Assembly: GCA_965140785.1 (NCBI GenBank)
Contig: OZ223514.1
Span: forward strand, 180,289 to 244,288
Origin: an uncultured Ruficoccus sp.
GTDB lineage: Bacteria > Verrucomicrobiota > Verrucomicrobiia > Opitutales > Cerasicoccaceae
Direction: 5' to 3'
DNA: 64,000 bases
The position numbers and the translations under genes are program-made. Positions 9,435 to 19,464 of the stretch are shown here, one piece after another. Under the pieces are notes generated by a model, which made no database searches, had not been told where the DNA came from, and was given only the letters and a program-made list of their open reading frames with translations. Each line of letters starts with the position of its first letter. The stretch's first letter is position 1.

Positions 9435-11480
9435 ATGCCTTCTGTTTTTTTAAGGATTTTTCTTCTTATCCTCTTCATGGCCGCCGTGAGCGACGCCGCG
9501 CAGCCGGATACGGCCGATGGGCCGGTTGTCGTTATGGTCGGCGATTCCACCGTGACGGACGCGTTGTCCTCCCGCGATCAGGCCGGCTGGGGCTGGGCCT
9601 TGGCGCAAATGGCCCAGCCCGGAGTGACCGTTTACAATACCGCCAAGGGCGGGCGCAGCTCGCTCAGCTTCCGCACCGAAGGCCGGTGGGACGAGGCCAT
9701 GAGTCACAATCCGGATTGGGTGCTGATCCAGTTCGGCCATAATGACCAGCCCGGCAAAGGGCCGAAACGCGAAAGCAAGCCGGAGACGGAATATCGCGAT
9801 CACCTGCGCCAGTACATTGCCGAGGCCCGCGAACAGGGGGCCGAGGTTATTCTCCTGACGCCGATCGCCCGCCGGACCTTTGCCAAGGACGGGACATTGA
9901 AGGATAGCCTGGCTCCGTACGCCGAGGCCGTGCGCATCGTGGGAGAGGAGACCGGCACGCCCGTGCTCGACCTGCACGCGCGCAGCATGCAGGAGTACCT
10001 GGCAATGGGTGAGGAGGCGACCGCCCGCCTGGGCCCGCCCGACAAGGCCGTGGACCGGACGCACTTCTCCAAGGCCGGGAGCCAGCAGGTTGCCCTTTGG
10101 GTTTATGATCTTTTGAGCGAGACCACGCCGGAGCTGGCCGCCAGTTTCGACCCCTCCCTGTTTCCTGTCGTGGAGCCGATTTTCCAGATACCGACGCCGG
10201 GGCAAGGGCGGGAAGGCGTCAAGCTGATCCCCGGTCCCTTTGAGGATATCCAGGGCGCGATGGCCGAAGAGGCGGCGGTCAAGGTGGCCGAACCGCTGAC
10301 GCAAGCGGCGCAACTGGAGGCCGGGACACTCTGCTGCTGGTTTTACGTGGACCAGCCCTACCAAAGCGCACCCGGCAACGAGCAGTGGAAGGAGACCGTC
10401 GTTTCCGCGCCCAAGGTCCTCGACCTGACGGTGGGGCTTTGGCCGCAATTCTGGGGCCTGTTTATGAACTGGCGCGGGCCGTACAACTTCGGCGGCTACA
10501 TGCGGATTCAGACGCCCTCGATCTCCGGCCCCGGCTGGCATCACCTCGCGGCGGTCTGGGACACGCAGCGCGGCATCCAGAATCTCTACTTCGACGGTCG
10601 TCCCGCCGGAGCGAATATCCCGACCTACGAGCCCGGCGAGCCGGCCCCGGTTTTTAAGGAAATCGTGGCCAAGCTCCTGCCGACGATCGGGCTGTGCGAC
10701 ATCCGCCTCTACGATCAGGCGCTCGACGAAGAGTCGCTTAATGGGCTTCTATCCGTCCTCTACTCGGGCCAGTCCGATCGTATCCTGGGGGTGGAATCGC
10801 TCGGGGAGATTTCCATCGAGGAGGACAACCTTACGTTGATCTACGAGAATGCCCTGACCTCGGACAAGGGCTCGGCGCAGTGGGTGATGGAAGGACCCGG
10901 CGAAGTCCAGTACACGCCGGACGGGATGCTCATGGAGTCCAGCCGCCCGGAGAGTCGGGACGGACACTTCGTCTATTGGCTGGATAAAAAGCTGCCGGAG
11001 AATTTCGTGGCCGAGTGGAAGGTCAAGGTGCTCAGCGAGTACGGGCTGAACATCGTGTTCTTCTCCGCCACCGGACCCGGAGGGGGTTCCATCTTCGACC
11101 CGTCCGTCGCACCGCGCGATGGCGATTTTAAGCAGTACCACAGCGGCGACATCGACTGCTACCACATCTCCTACTATGCCGACGGGGAGGAGCACCCCGG
11201 GCGCTCGACGGCCAACCTGCGCAAGAACAGCGGCTTTTACCTCGTCTCCAACGGCCCCGAGGGGATTCCGCCGGAGAGTACCGACTTTCATCAGGTCGTC
11301 CTGAAAAAGCAGGGCGGCAAGATCCAGTTGGCGGTGGACGGCAAGTTGTCCATCGACTGGCAAGACGACGGCGAGAGCTATGGCCCCGTGCTCGGGGCGG
11401 GATGGTTCGGACTGCGCCAGATGCGCTGGACCCAGGCCCTCTATCAAGACCTTAAAATTTATGCTCTGAATGAAAATTAA
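9435..11480 (+). CDS. Multidomain protein: rhamnogalacturonan acetylesterase-like SGNH (CE12-like) + LamG-like + YesU/DUF1961-like domain
   Basis: GDSTV, GWG, GGRSS, IQFGHND and DRTHF SGNH blocks; WHHLAAVWD LamG motif; C-terminal YHISYY...NLRKNSGF...GLRQM. Start taken at MPSVF (signal peptide). Confidence 0.8.
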   Translation: MPSVFLRIFLLILFMAAVSDAAQPDTADGPVVVMVGDSTVTDALSSRDQAGWGWALAQMAQPGVTVYNTAKGGRSSLSFRTEGRWDEAMSHNPDWVLIQFGHNDQPGKGPKRESKPETEYRDHLRQYIAEAREQGAEVILLTPIARRTFAKDGTLKDSLAPYAEAVRIVGEETGTPVLDLHARSMQEYLAMGEEATARLGPPDKAVDRTHFSKAGSQQVALWVYDLLSETTPELAASFDPSLFPVVEPIFQIPTPGQGREGVKLIPGPFEDIQGAMAEEAAVKVAEPLTQAAQLEAGTLCCWFYVDQPYQSAPGNEQWKETVVSAPKVLDLTVGLWPQFWGLFMNWRGPYNFGGYMRIQTPSISGPGWHHLAAVWDTQRGIQNLYFDGRPAGANIPTYEPGEPAPVFKEIVAKLLPTIGLCDIRLYDQALDEESLNGLLSVLYSGQSDRILGVESLGEISIEEDNLTLIYENALTSDKGSAQWVMEGPGEVQYTPDGMLMESSRPESRDGHFVYWLDKKLPENFVAEWKVKVLSEYGLNIVFFSATGPGGGSIFDPSVAPRDGDFKQYHSGDIDCYHISYYADGEEHPGRSTANLRKNSGFYLVSNGPEGIPPESTDFHQVVLKKQGGKIQLAVDGKLSIDWQDDGESYGPVLGAGWFGLRQMRWTQALYQDLKIYALNEN

Positions 11481-13815
11481 ACATCTCCTTACCCCCCTGT
11501 GTTTGCTTGCCTGTCTGCCTCAGGTTCTTACCGCGCTTGAGATCGAAGTTCAGCCGACCTTTCACAGTGCCAGCGTGTACCTGCGTGAGGCGGATACGCT
11601 CGACTATGCCGTGAACTATCGCGAGGCCGGGACGGAAGTCTGGCAACCCTCGCCCGAACTGGTCTGGACGGACGACATGCCAGTTCCGAGAAACTCCCTT
11701 CTAGGCCTTCGCGAAGACACCGCCTACGAGGTGGAGGTGCGGCTCGGCGAGGAGCTGGTGGCTCACACGCAATTCACCACCCTCAGTTCCGAGGTCCCGG
11801 TGGGCGAGACGATTACCCTCACGGGCGGACCGGTCGTGATCACCCAGAGCGGCACGCCGGAGAGCTGGGTGCGGTATGTGGCCGACGCGGACATTGACGC
11901 CGGTGAGCAGGCACCAAACGCCATCACGCTTCAGGGGGTGGAGTATGTCATTCTGGACGGGCTTGGCATCAAGGGCGGTCAGATCAACGCCATCAGTATC
12001 ACGGACTCACGCCATGTGCGGGTGCGCAACTGCGACATCTCCGGCTGGGGCCGGGTGGGGGAGCGTCGCTATGACCGGCGGGGAGTTTTTTACGATGCGA
12101 ACGGAAAAGTCATCAACCGCGACTCCGGCGTGGATATTGAGAGGAGCCACTCCGTGGTCGTGGAATACTGCTATATCCACGATCCACGGGGCACGGCCAA
12201 CTCCTGGGCCTTCTCCCATCCCGCCGGTCCCAACGCGATCTACGTTGTCGAAAACGAAAACACGGTCATCCGTTATAACGACTTTATCGGTTCGGATGCT
12301 CACCGCTGGAACGACGTGATCGAGTCCTCCCGAAACGGCAGCCCCGACGGGGGCTTTCGCAAGGATGCCGACATCTATGGCAATACCATGGTCTACGGCA
12401 ACGACGACGCCATGGAGCTCGATGGGGGGCAGATGAACATGCGCGTCTGGGGAAACCTGATCGACGGCACCTTTGCCGGAATCAGTACGGCGCCTTCTTT
12501 TCATGGACCCAGCTATATTTATAACAACCTGATTCTCGAGTCGGGAGATCGCTGGGGGCTGTATGGGAATGTATTGAAAAACATATACAAGAGCATCTCT
12601 TTCGGCAGCGTTTACTTCGTCAACAATACCGCCCTGCACACCGGCACGGTTAGTGGATTCCAGCAAGGCCGCCCGGACACCGCGCACTATGTCGTGCAGA
12701 ACAATGTTCTGGATATAGACGATGCCATCGTCGCTGTCAGAGCGGTCAACGGAGATCTGGTCCTCAATCACAACCTGTACTGGTGCTGGGATGCGCAGTA
12801 CCGCGAGGGATATGCGAGCTGGCTGCGCGCACAGGGGGTCGAGTCGGCAGGCGTAATGGGCGATCCGATTTTTGTTGATGCGGCCAGGGGAAATTTCGTG
12901 TTGGCGCAGAGTTCGCCCGGCTACGCGATTGCCGCGGCGGTGCCCGGCTTTCCGGATTACGGCACACGCCCGGGCATTTCCGGGCCGATGCCGCTCCGCG
13001 ACGCCGGTATCCATCTGTCCCGTCGGCTGGTGACGCTGGACGGCGAGGCGCCGCATACTCTTACCGTTACTCTGGACGGTGCAGACGCGCAGGCATTCCG
13101 GGTTTTGAAAAACGACGCCTTCGGCTGGTTCGAGGTGACGGCAAGTGCCGACCAGCTCACGCCGGAGGAACCCGTCACGCTGAGTGTTCGGCGGGTCGGT
13201 CCCGCTCCGCTTCTGGTCCAGCGTGGCGCCTTTATCGTCAAGCTGGCCGATGGCCGCTCCTTGCCCGTGATCGTGAGAACGACCGGCGAGGAGCCGGACC
13301 GGATCATTTACGCGGACGATCCCGGCGTCGTCGCTCTGATCGAGGCAGAGGAGATGACCGGGGCCGAGGCTTTCCCTCTGGTCGAAAGCGAGGAGGCCTC
13401 GTGGGGCCAGGCTCTTCTCTTCGGAAACCCCGCCGCGACCGCGGACGATCCCGGTCAGGTGATCGAAGCCACCTTTGAATGTCCCGCCGACGGGACCTAC
13501 TACCTGGCGGTGCGTTTCTTTGCCGAGGCGCCATCGGGGAGCCATAACTCGGTCTTCCTCGGCCTCAATGACGACCCGTTGGTGGAGACTCAATTCCGGT
13601 GTGTGCCGGGCTGGAACTGGGCCGGTGTTTCCCGCGTGCAGGAGTTGCGGAACAAGCCCTGGTTTGAGCCTATCCAACTGAAGGCCGGGGAAGTGACGCT
13701 ACGGCTCGCGGCCCGGGAGAAGCTGCTGCTGGATGCCATCGTGCTGGCGCACTCACCCGAAGCGGTCTATTCGGCTGAAGCCCTCAGCCCCGAGGCTGAC
13801 CCTGGGGAGTCTTGA
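11470..13815 (+). CDS. Secreted right-handed parallel beta-helix protein (pectin-lyase fold) with FN3-like and CBM-like domains
   Basis: Signal peptide, repeated beta-helix strands (VRVRNCDISGW, VIRYNDF, DDAMELDG, YIYNNLI), C-terminal IEAEE module. Confidence 0.7.
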   Translation: MKIKHLLTPLCLLACLPQVLTALEIEVQPTFHSASVYLREADTLDYAVNYREAGTEVWQPSPELVWTDDMPVPRNSLLGLREDTAYEVEVRLGEELVAHTQFTTLSSEVPVGETITLTGGPVVITQSGTPESWVRYVADADIDAGEQAPNAITLQGVEYVILDGLGIKGGQINAISITDSRHVRVRNCDISGWGRVGERRYDRRGVFYDANGKVINRDSGVDIERSHSVVVEYCYIHDPRGTANSWAFSHPAGPNAIYVVENENTVIRYNDFIGSDAHRWNDVIESSRNGSPDGGFRKDADIYGNTMVYGNDDAMELDGGQMNMRVWGNLIDGTFAGISTAPSFHGPSYIYNNLILESGDRWGLYGNVLKNIYKSISFGSVYFVNNTALHTGTVSGFQQGRPDTAHYVVQNNVLDIDDAIVAVRAVNGDLVLNHNLYWCWDAQYREGYASWLRAQGVESAGVMGDPIFVDAARGNFVLAQSSPGYAIAAAVPGFPDYGTRPGISGPMPLRDAGIHLSRRLVTLDGEAPHTLTVTLDGADAQAFRVLKNDAFGWFEVTASADQLTPEEPVTLSVRRVGPAPLLVQRGAFIVKLADGRSLPVIVRTTGEEPDRIIYADDPGVVALIEAEEMTGAEAFPLVESEEASWGQALLFGNPAATADDPGQVIEATFECPADGTYYLAVRFFAEAPSGSHNSVFLGLNDDPLVETQFRCVPGWNWAGVSRVQELRNKPWFEPIQLKAGEVTLRLAAREKLLLDAIVLAHSPEAVYSAEALSPEADPGES

Positions 13816-13950
13816 TCCTGCTGGTATCTTGGTTTCCTCAGCGCAGTGCGTCGCGAGCCGATAGCGATCGATACCGGTACGGGTAACGACCTTGCGGCAT
13901 GGTCAGGGTATCAGCTTTCGACGAGAGTAGGTGGAATCTTACGCTTACCC

Positions 13951-16104
13951 ATGTTTAAACCTTATCTCTTCTTCATCACGGGACTCGTCGTCATTGCTTC
14001 CCTGACGGGTTCCTCTTACGCAGACTCCACCCCGGCTTGGCCTGATCCGGATTTTCACGCCAGCTACGATACCGACACCTCGGCGGAAGCATCTCATGGC
14101 CTGCCCGATCCGGGCGGCTTCGGTACGAAAATCGTGCCCGACGGCGCTCAGGGCGGAGCCCTGCGCATCGAAAAACCCGGCGGTCATCTGCATTACCGGG
14201 CTCAGGGCAATGTCAGCCTCGAAGCGGGTGCGGTCAGCTTTTATACCCGTGGCAAGGCTATCGCCGGGCTCGACGGAGCGGCTTGGCTCTGGGCGGTTCG
14301 CACCCAGCACTACGATTTCGGGCTCGTGGTCAAGGACGGCAAGCTCATCCTGCGCCGCGGGGAGTTCAGCCGCCGTGAGCAGCCCACGCTCGCCGAACTT
14401 TCACTGCCGCTCGCCGGTGACGATCCTGAGCAATGGCACAAGATCACGGCCTCGTGGGACTCTTTCCGCCAGCAAGCCTGGCTGGAGCTCGACGGCGAAT
14501 TCATCGAGGGCTCCTTCGCGCTGCCGGAAAATTTCGAGCCGCTGCTGGCCATGTACATCGGGGGCGGGGTCGAGGGGCGGCTCTACGAGGGTGGCATGCT
14601 CAACGCCGGCAACGAGTTCGACGACCTTCAGGTCTGGATGCAGAGCAAGGCACTGCTGGACCAGTACCAGCCGCTCAGTGATCCCGAGTCCGAGGAATTG
14701 CTCAAGCCCATGATTGCGGGTATTTACCAGCGTCTCTACACCATCGAGGATCTGCAGTATAACGGAGGTTGGCAGGTAGCCTATACCTGGCCGACGATGC
14801 TCGGCGCTTACGCGCAGGGACGCGGCTATATTGACGACCAGAACATCATCAGCCTGGATAAGAGCAACGGCACGCCGATCATCGCTGCACGTTACGTGTA
14901 TGCCTACGATATCCTCGGCGACGAGTCCCTGCTCGAGGTGGCCAAGACGACGGGGGATTTCCTGGTCATGGCCCAATCGGAGGAGGGTTACTGGCTGAGC
15001 AACTACGAGTTCGGGACCGGGGAGCTGGTGCCGATTGACTCACCCAGCGGCCATGCCGAGCCGAAGTTTCAGGATGGCGTACAGAGCCAGTCGATCGCGC
15101 TCCTGCTGGCGCTCTATAAGGTGACGGGTAAAACCGAATACCTCGACAGCGCCGAGAAAGCGGGCGAGTTCTACCTGCGCGCCCAGAATCCCGACGGAAG
15201 CTGGTCCTACAAGTTCGACCCCAAGGAGGGCATCGGCAAAACCTTTCTCGGCAAGCCGCAGGGCGGAGAGATCAACGACTACGCCATGAACGATGCGCTC
15301 AACATCATGGTATTGCTCTACCACTACACGCACGACATGCGCTACCTTGAGGCCGCCAAGCGTGGAGCCGACTGGTTCGTGGCGGCGAATCTCTCGGGGA
15401 AGGTGCACGGCTGGGCGCAACAGTACAGTAATGAACTGAAGCCCGCCCCTGCCCGGCATCACGAGCCCGCCGCGTACTCCAGCGAGGACACCCTGATCGC
15501 CTCCCAGGCGCTGGTGGAGGTTTACCGCATCTCAGGCGACGAGCGTTATCTGGTGCCGGTCCGCGAAGCGGCCGCCTGGCTGGAGGAGCGCTTCCCGGAG
15601 GGAAAAATGTACAAGTACTACGACCCGGAAACGGGCCGTCCGGTAGCCAGCTGGGACTGGAAAGTCTATTACCTGGACGATCCGGAGCAGTTTAAGATTG
15701 CCGACAGCTTTCCGCAGAATCCCTTCGTGATCAGCCAGCGCCCGACGCCGGATATCCAGGGCTTGCTCGACAGCCTTGAGGAGTCTGAGGCCGAAGACGA
15801 CGGGCTGACGCGATCCGAGTTGGGCCTGGCCCGCCGGGCGTTGAACACCCAGAACGAGCTCGGTCTGTGGATTAAGGAGAATGTCGGCGGCGGGCGCCAC
15901 ACGCTGGGCAGCGGTTTTACGCCCAGTAGCGTGCGGGCCATTCACATGCTCAATTTTCTGGAAGCCTGCTATAAGGAGATGCACCTGGCCGAGCCGCGTT
16001 TGCTGCACCATGGCGATTTGATGCGTATGGCTGCTCCCGCGGACTGGTATGATATCCCCTGGCCCGGCAGTGAAACGAAGATGTCCGCCCATGTGACGCG
16101 ATGA
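13951..16104 (+). CDS. Secreted LamG-like + (alpha/alpha)-toroid protein, possibly PL10-like pectate lyase
   Basis: Signal peptide; repeated 'AQNPDGSW', 'GWAQQYSNELKPAPARHHEPAA' motifs resembling PL10 enzymes. Confidence 0.6.
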   Translation: MFKPYLFFITGLVVIASLTGSSYADSTPAWPDPDFHASYDTDTSAEASHGLPDPGGFGTKIVPDGAQGGALRIEKPGGHLHYRAQGNVSLEAGAVSFYTRGKAIAGLDGAAWLWAVRTQHYDFGLVVKDGKLILRRGEFSRREQPTLAELSLPLAGDDPEQWHKITASWDSFRQQAWLELDGEFIEGSFALPENFEPLLAMYIGGGVEGRLYEGGMLNAGNEFDDLQVWMQSKALLDQYQPLSDPESEELLKPMIAGIYQRLYTIEDLQYNGGWQVAYTWPTMLGAYAQGRGYIDDQNIISLDKSNGTPIIAARYVYAYDILGDESLLEVAKTTGDFLVMAQSEEGYWLSNYEFGTGELVPIDSPSGHAEPKFQDGVQSQSIALLLALYKVTGKTEYLDSAEKAGEFYLRAQNPDGSWSYKFDPKEGIGKTFLGKPQGGEINDYAMNDALNIMVLLYHYTHDMRYLEAAKRGADWFVAANLSGKVHGWAQQYSNELKPAPARHHEPAAYSSEDTLIASQALVEVYRISGDERYLVPVREAAAWLEERFPEGKMYKYYDPETGRPVASWDWKVYYLDDPEQFKIADSFPQNPFVISQRPTPDIQGLLDSLEESEAEDDGLTRSELGLARRALNTQNELGLWIKENVGGGRHTLGSGFTPSSVRAIHMLNFLEACYKEMHLAEPRLLHHGDLMRMAAPADWYDIPWPGSETKMSAHVTR

Positions 16105-16246
16105 TACTCGAATACACCGACTTGAGAGCGAGCAGCCAGGCGGACCGATACGCGTAACGGATACTCAAATTTGAACGCCGCCTGACGCTATGTAAGCTAA
16201 TATTGATCTTAAGCTAGAATACCAACCCCCAACTCCAATCAACCCT

Positions 16247-17050
16247 ATGTATAAAAAAGCACTCATCCCCCTTCTGGTTCTCCTCAGCCCCGCGGCCTTT
16301 GCCCAAACTCTCATGAATGTCGATTTCGAGAGTGATACGCCGGGCTCCCTGCCTGCGGAGAGCTCGTCAGCGACGAGATATACCACCGATGGCAATATCG
16401 TTCAGGTGCAAGATACCAGCTACACGCCTGCGAATCCTTTTGGCGGAAATGCGCTCTATCTGTATGCGCCGGCTACCTCCAGCAAAGCACCCGGTATCTG
16501 GTTCCAAACCGACGACACCACTCTTGTCAGTCAGGGGTCGTTCAGCTTCGACGTGCAGGTGAACTCCACCTTTCTGGACCTGCGCCTGGGCTCGAACGTG
16601 GGTTCATCCTCGGAAGGCCGTATCAACGGCCAGGGCGCCATCCGGCTCTTGATCGGGCAGGGCAATGGTGACAGCAATTTCAGTGTTTACCAGAATGGTG
16701 ACGATGGTATTGTGACGGACCAGGGTTTCACTTACGGTGAGCAGCTCAGCATTACCGTGAATTGGAACTTCAGCGGTGAGAACGCGGGGTACTCCGTTAG
16801 TGTTAACGGGACGCCGTTAACGGTCGCAGGTAGTCAAACCGTGTTTGATTTCTACGAACCGGATGGTTTGGTGGGCATCAATACAACGTTCTTTCGACTG
16901 GGCACGGGGACGAATACTGACTCAACCTACCAAATCTGGGCCGACAATCTGGTGCTGACCTCGGTGCCGGAATCCAGCAGCACGGGGCTGATTCTCGGCG
17001 TGGTCAGCCTGCTGACTCTGCTGGCTTACCGCCGCCGCTCCCTTAAGTAG
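16247..17050 (+). CDS. PEP-CTERM sorting domain protein
   Basis: Signal peptide and C-terminal VPESSSTGLILGVVSLLTLLAYRRRSLK. Confidence 0.85.
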   Translation: MYKKALIPLLVLLSPAAFAQTLMNVDFESDTPGSLPAESSSATRYTTDGNIVQVQDTSYTPANPFGGNALYLYAPATSSKAPGIWFQTDDTTLVSQGSFSFDVQVNSTFLDLRLGSNVGSSSEGRINGQGAIRLLIGQGNGDSNFSVYQNGDDGIVTDQGFTYGEQLSITVNWNFSGENAGYSVSVNGTPLTVAGSQTVFDFYEPDGLVGINTTFFRLGTGTNTDSTYQIWADNLVLTSVPESSSTGLILGVVSLLTLLAYRRRSLK

Positions 17051-17426
17051 TCATCGATTTAATTATCCCCCAGCACAGGCGTCAGCCGAATTGGGAGTTA
17101 GTTCTAGCTCAGCCCGGTGTGGGTGCTGACAGGCTTCGTTCTGTCTGCACCCATGCTTGGTGTTGAGCCTTTGGTTTTTGTCGCTGGAAAGGCCCCGCTC
17201 CATCCGGACGTCTGGCCGGCACCCGCACAGACCGAGTCTGCCGTCTGGAAGCCCGGCCTGGGGGCGGGGATGGGACTGTTTATTTGTCCAGATTGCTGAG
17301 GAGGCTAAGCGAGAACATTGCCATGACCCACCTGGTCAAGGGAGTGACCGAAGACAAGATGGGCTACGATGTCGAGCTGACGCAGGCTGACCCAGGCACG
17401 ATTTACCCCGCGCTGGCTGCACATAC

Positions 17427-19142
17427 TTATCCTCGCCTGGATACTTTTGCTGCGGGCTGGTGCTGGCGCAGATAGTTCAACCGGTATTGCAGCGGGGTCT
17501 GCGAAAACTCGCGCTTAAAGGCCTCGATGAAGCTGCTGTCGTGGGCATAGAGGGTCTTCCGGGCGATGACGGAAATACTCAGGTTGGTCTCTCGCAGCTC
17601 TTGGGCGGCCTGAAGTAGCTTATGCCTGCGAATGATACTGGCGGGCTGGGGGGTATCGAGCCATTGGCTGCTCAGCTTCTGGCTCAGATGAGAACGGGAA
17701 TAGCCAACCTGCTTGGCATAGTCGGTGACGGATTTTATTTTACGGAAAAATGAGCGCGAACGGAAGGCGGACAGCTCGGGTGTAGGTACGGGAGTGAAAT
17801 TACCCGACTTGAGGAGGTTTTCCCATTGGATACACCACTCGAAGGCGGCGGCTGAGCCTTCCGGGGAGACGGTGCCCCGGTGCGTCAGCCAGTGCTTGGT
17901 CCAGCGAATGGCATGCCGGACCGGGGGACTATCCAGGGGAACGGACAGGACCGCGCCATGGCTGAGGACGGATTCCTCCAACTGGCGAATCCCGTACAGG
18001 CCGCGTACCTTGATCCAGACTCTTTTCCAAGTGTTCTGGTTGGGGCTGATCCATTGCGCATTGATCGGCTGGGGAAAGATGATAACCATCCCGGCCTTGA
18101 TCGGAACCTGGCTGTTGCCGACCTGAAAGATCGCTTCGCCCTCAAGGCAGCAATTCCACTGGATCGCTTCGGAGAGCGTGTTGAGGGCGAGCTTATAGGG
18201 CTTTTCATAGGGATAGGACGCGATGCCCCCGTCGAAATGAAAATACGGGCAGTGAGGGACGACAGCGGCGACGATTTCCGCCTGGGTGGGAGAAGTGGTT
18301 TCCTGCGCCTGAACCGGTGCGGGGAGCCGAGGCGGCGGGACCGCCTTGGAGCGCTTGTTGCTTGGGATTTTCCGGGACTTGCCGGGCTGAACTCCAAAGC
18401 GCTTCTTGTAGGCCGCATTAAAGGCTGGCGCGGAGGAGTAACCGCACTGATGGGCAATTTCCCGAACCGGCAAATCCGTCTCCTTAATCAGTCGGGAGGC
18501 ATGATACCAGCGGCATTCTTGCAGCAATGTCCGGGCTGATGCGCCATGAGCAGCTCGGAGGTTTTCTGCTAAAAGAGAGGGGCTGCATCCGAAGCGATTG
18601 GCCAGAGCCTTCAACTGAAATTTTTGACTCAAGGCAGTTTCAAGAAAATCCTGACCGCCGCTTTTGATGAAATCTCCCAGGCTGGACTGCTTTTCTTGAA
18701 CAGCCTCATGATTTAACGAAAACCACCGGAAGCTGTCTTTCGCATTAATGTCCTTACTCTTGGAGAGAGCGGCCTTCAGCCTTCGCAGATGCAGGAGCAG
18801 GCGCGGGTGTCTGTCCAGGTGGATACCATTTTCATGTTTGGAGGCGAAGAAGGTAACAAAATCGTGAGCGATACCTCCCTCGAACCGAAGTTCGACGATC
18901 TCACTCGCTTTGACCACAGCCGGTTGGATAGTGAGTTTCGGGGCGGCTGGCAGGTGCAGAATCGTGTCTTTGTCTATCACGAAAGTGCGCCCCGGTCGAT
19001 GGACTTTGAAGATGCCCTTCAGGGCTACCAGACAGAGGGAGGTCCCCTCTTCCACGGGAGCGATGCTGATGTTCGTGCTGTGATCCTTCGAGCAGCGGTA
19101 GCGGTTCAAGGCGATGCAAAGACATTTGTCGGGAAGATTCAT
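17427..19142 (-). CDS. AraC-family regulator with two tandem AraC DNA-binding domains
   Basis: Two HTH blocks: IAHQCGYSSAPAFNAAYKKRFG and LYAHDSSFIEAFKREFSQTPLQYR; cupin-like segment between them. Confidence 0.8.
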   Translation of the reverse strand: MNLPDKCLCIALNRYRCSKDHSTNISIAPVEEGTSLCLVALKGIFKVHRPGRTFVIDKDTILHLPAAPKLTIQPAVVKASEIVELRFEGGIAHDFVTFFASKHENGIHLDRHPRLLLHLRRLKAALSKSKDINAKDSFRWFSLNHEAVQEKQSSLGDFIKSGGQDFLETALSQKFQLKALANRFGCSPSLLAENLRAAHGASARTLLQECRWYHASRLIKETDLPVREIAHQCGYSSAPAFNAAYKKRFGVQPGKSRKIPSNKRSKAVPPPRLPAPVQAQETTSPTQAEIVAAVVPHCPYFHFDGGIASYPYEKPYKLALNTLSEAIQWNCCLEGEAIFQVGNSQVPIKAGMVIIFPQPINAQWISPNQNTWKRVWIKVRGLYGIRQLEESVLSHGAVLSVPLDSPPVRHAIRWTKHWLTHRGTVSPEGSAAAFEWCIQWENLLKSGNFTPVPTPELSAFRSRSFFRKIKSVTDYAKQVGYSRSHLSQKLSSQWLDTPQPASIIRRHKLLQAAQELRETNLSISVIARKTLYAHDSSFIEAFKREFSQTPLQYRLNYLRQHQPAAKVSRRG

Positions 19143-19464
19143 GAGGATCGTGCCAATGGGATTCTATCACTTGCGCGCTGTACTGGACGGCTTCGTGGCG
19201 CAGTTGGGTTAAGACCCCGCCGCGAAATAAAAACCGGGTCACATAAGCTTTTTGAGATTAATAAATGGACTTTTCCCGGGTAGGGGATGTCAAACATATT
19301 CCTTATTTATAAAGATATTCGATATTGCCATGATCGGGAGTTGCGGCTATGATCATACCGTCTTGGAAAAAGCCCAGCGGCCCATCTCAAAACCTTTTTT
19401 TCAGAGCAATTTTATCGACGCTTCTGGCATTTATTCACCACTCAAACCACTCCAAATACCCTCA

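Noticed and set aside
17117..17475. Small ORFs between the PEP-CTERM gene and the AraC gene
   Set aside because: Overlapping short frames with no recognisable features; treated as intergenic.
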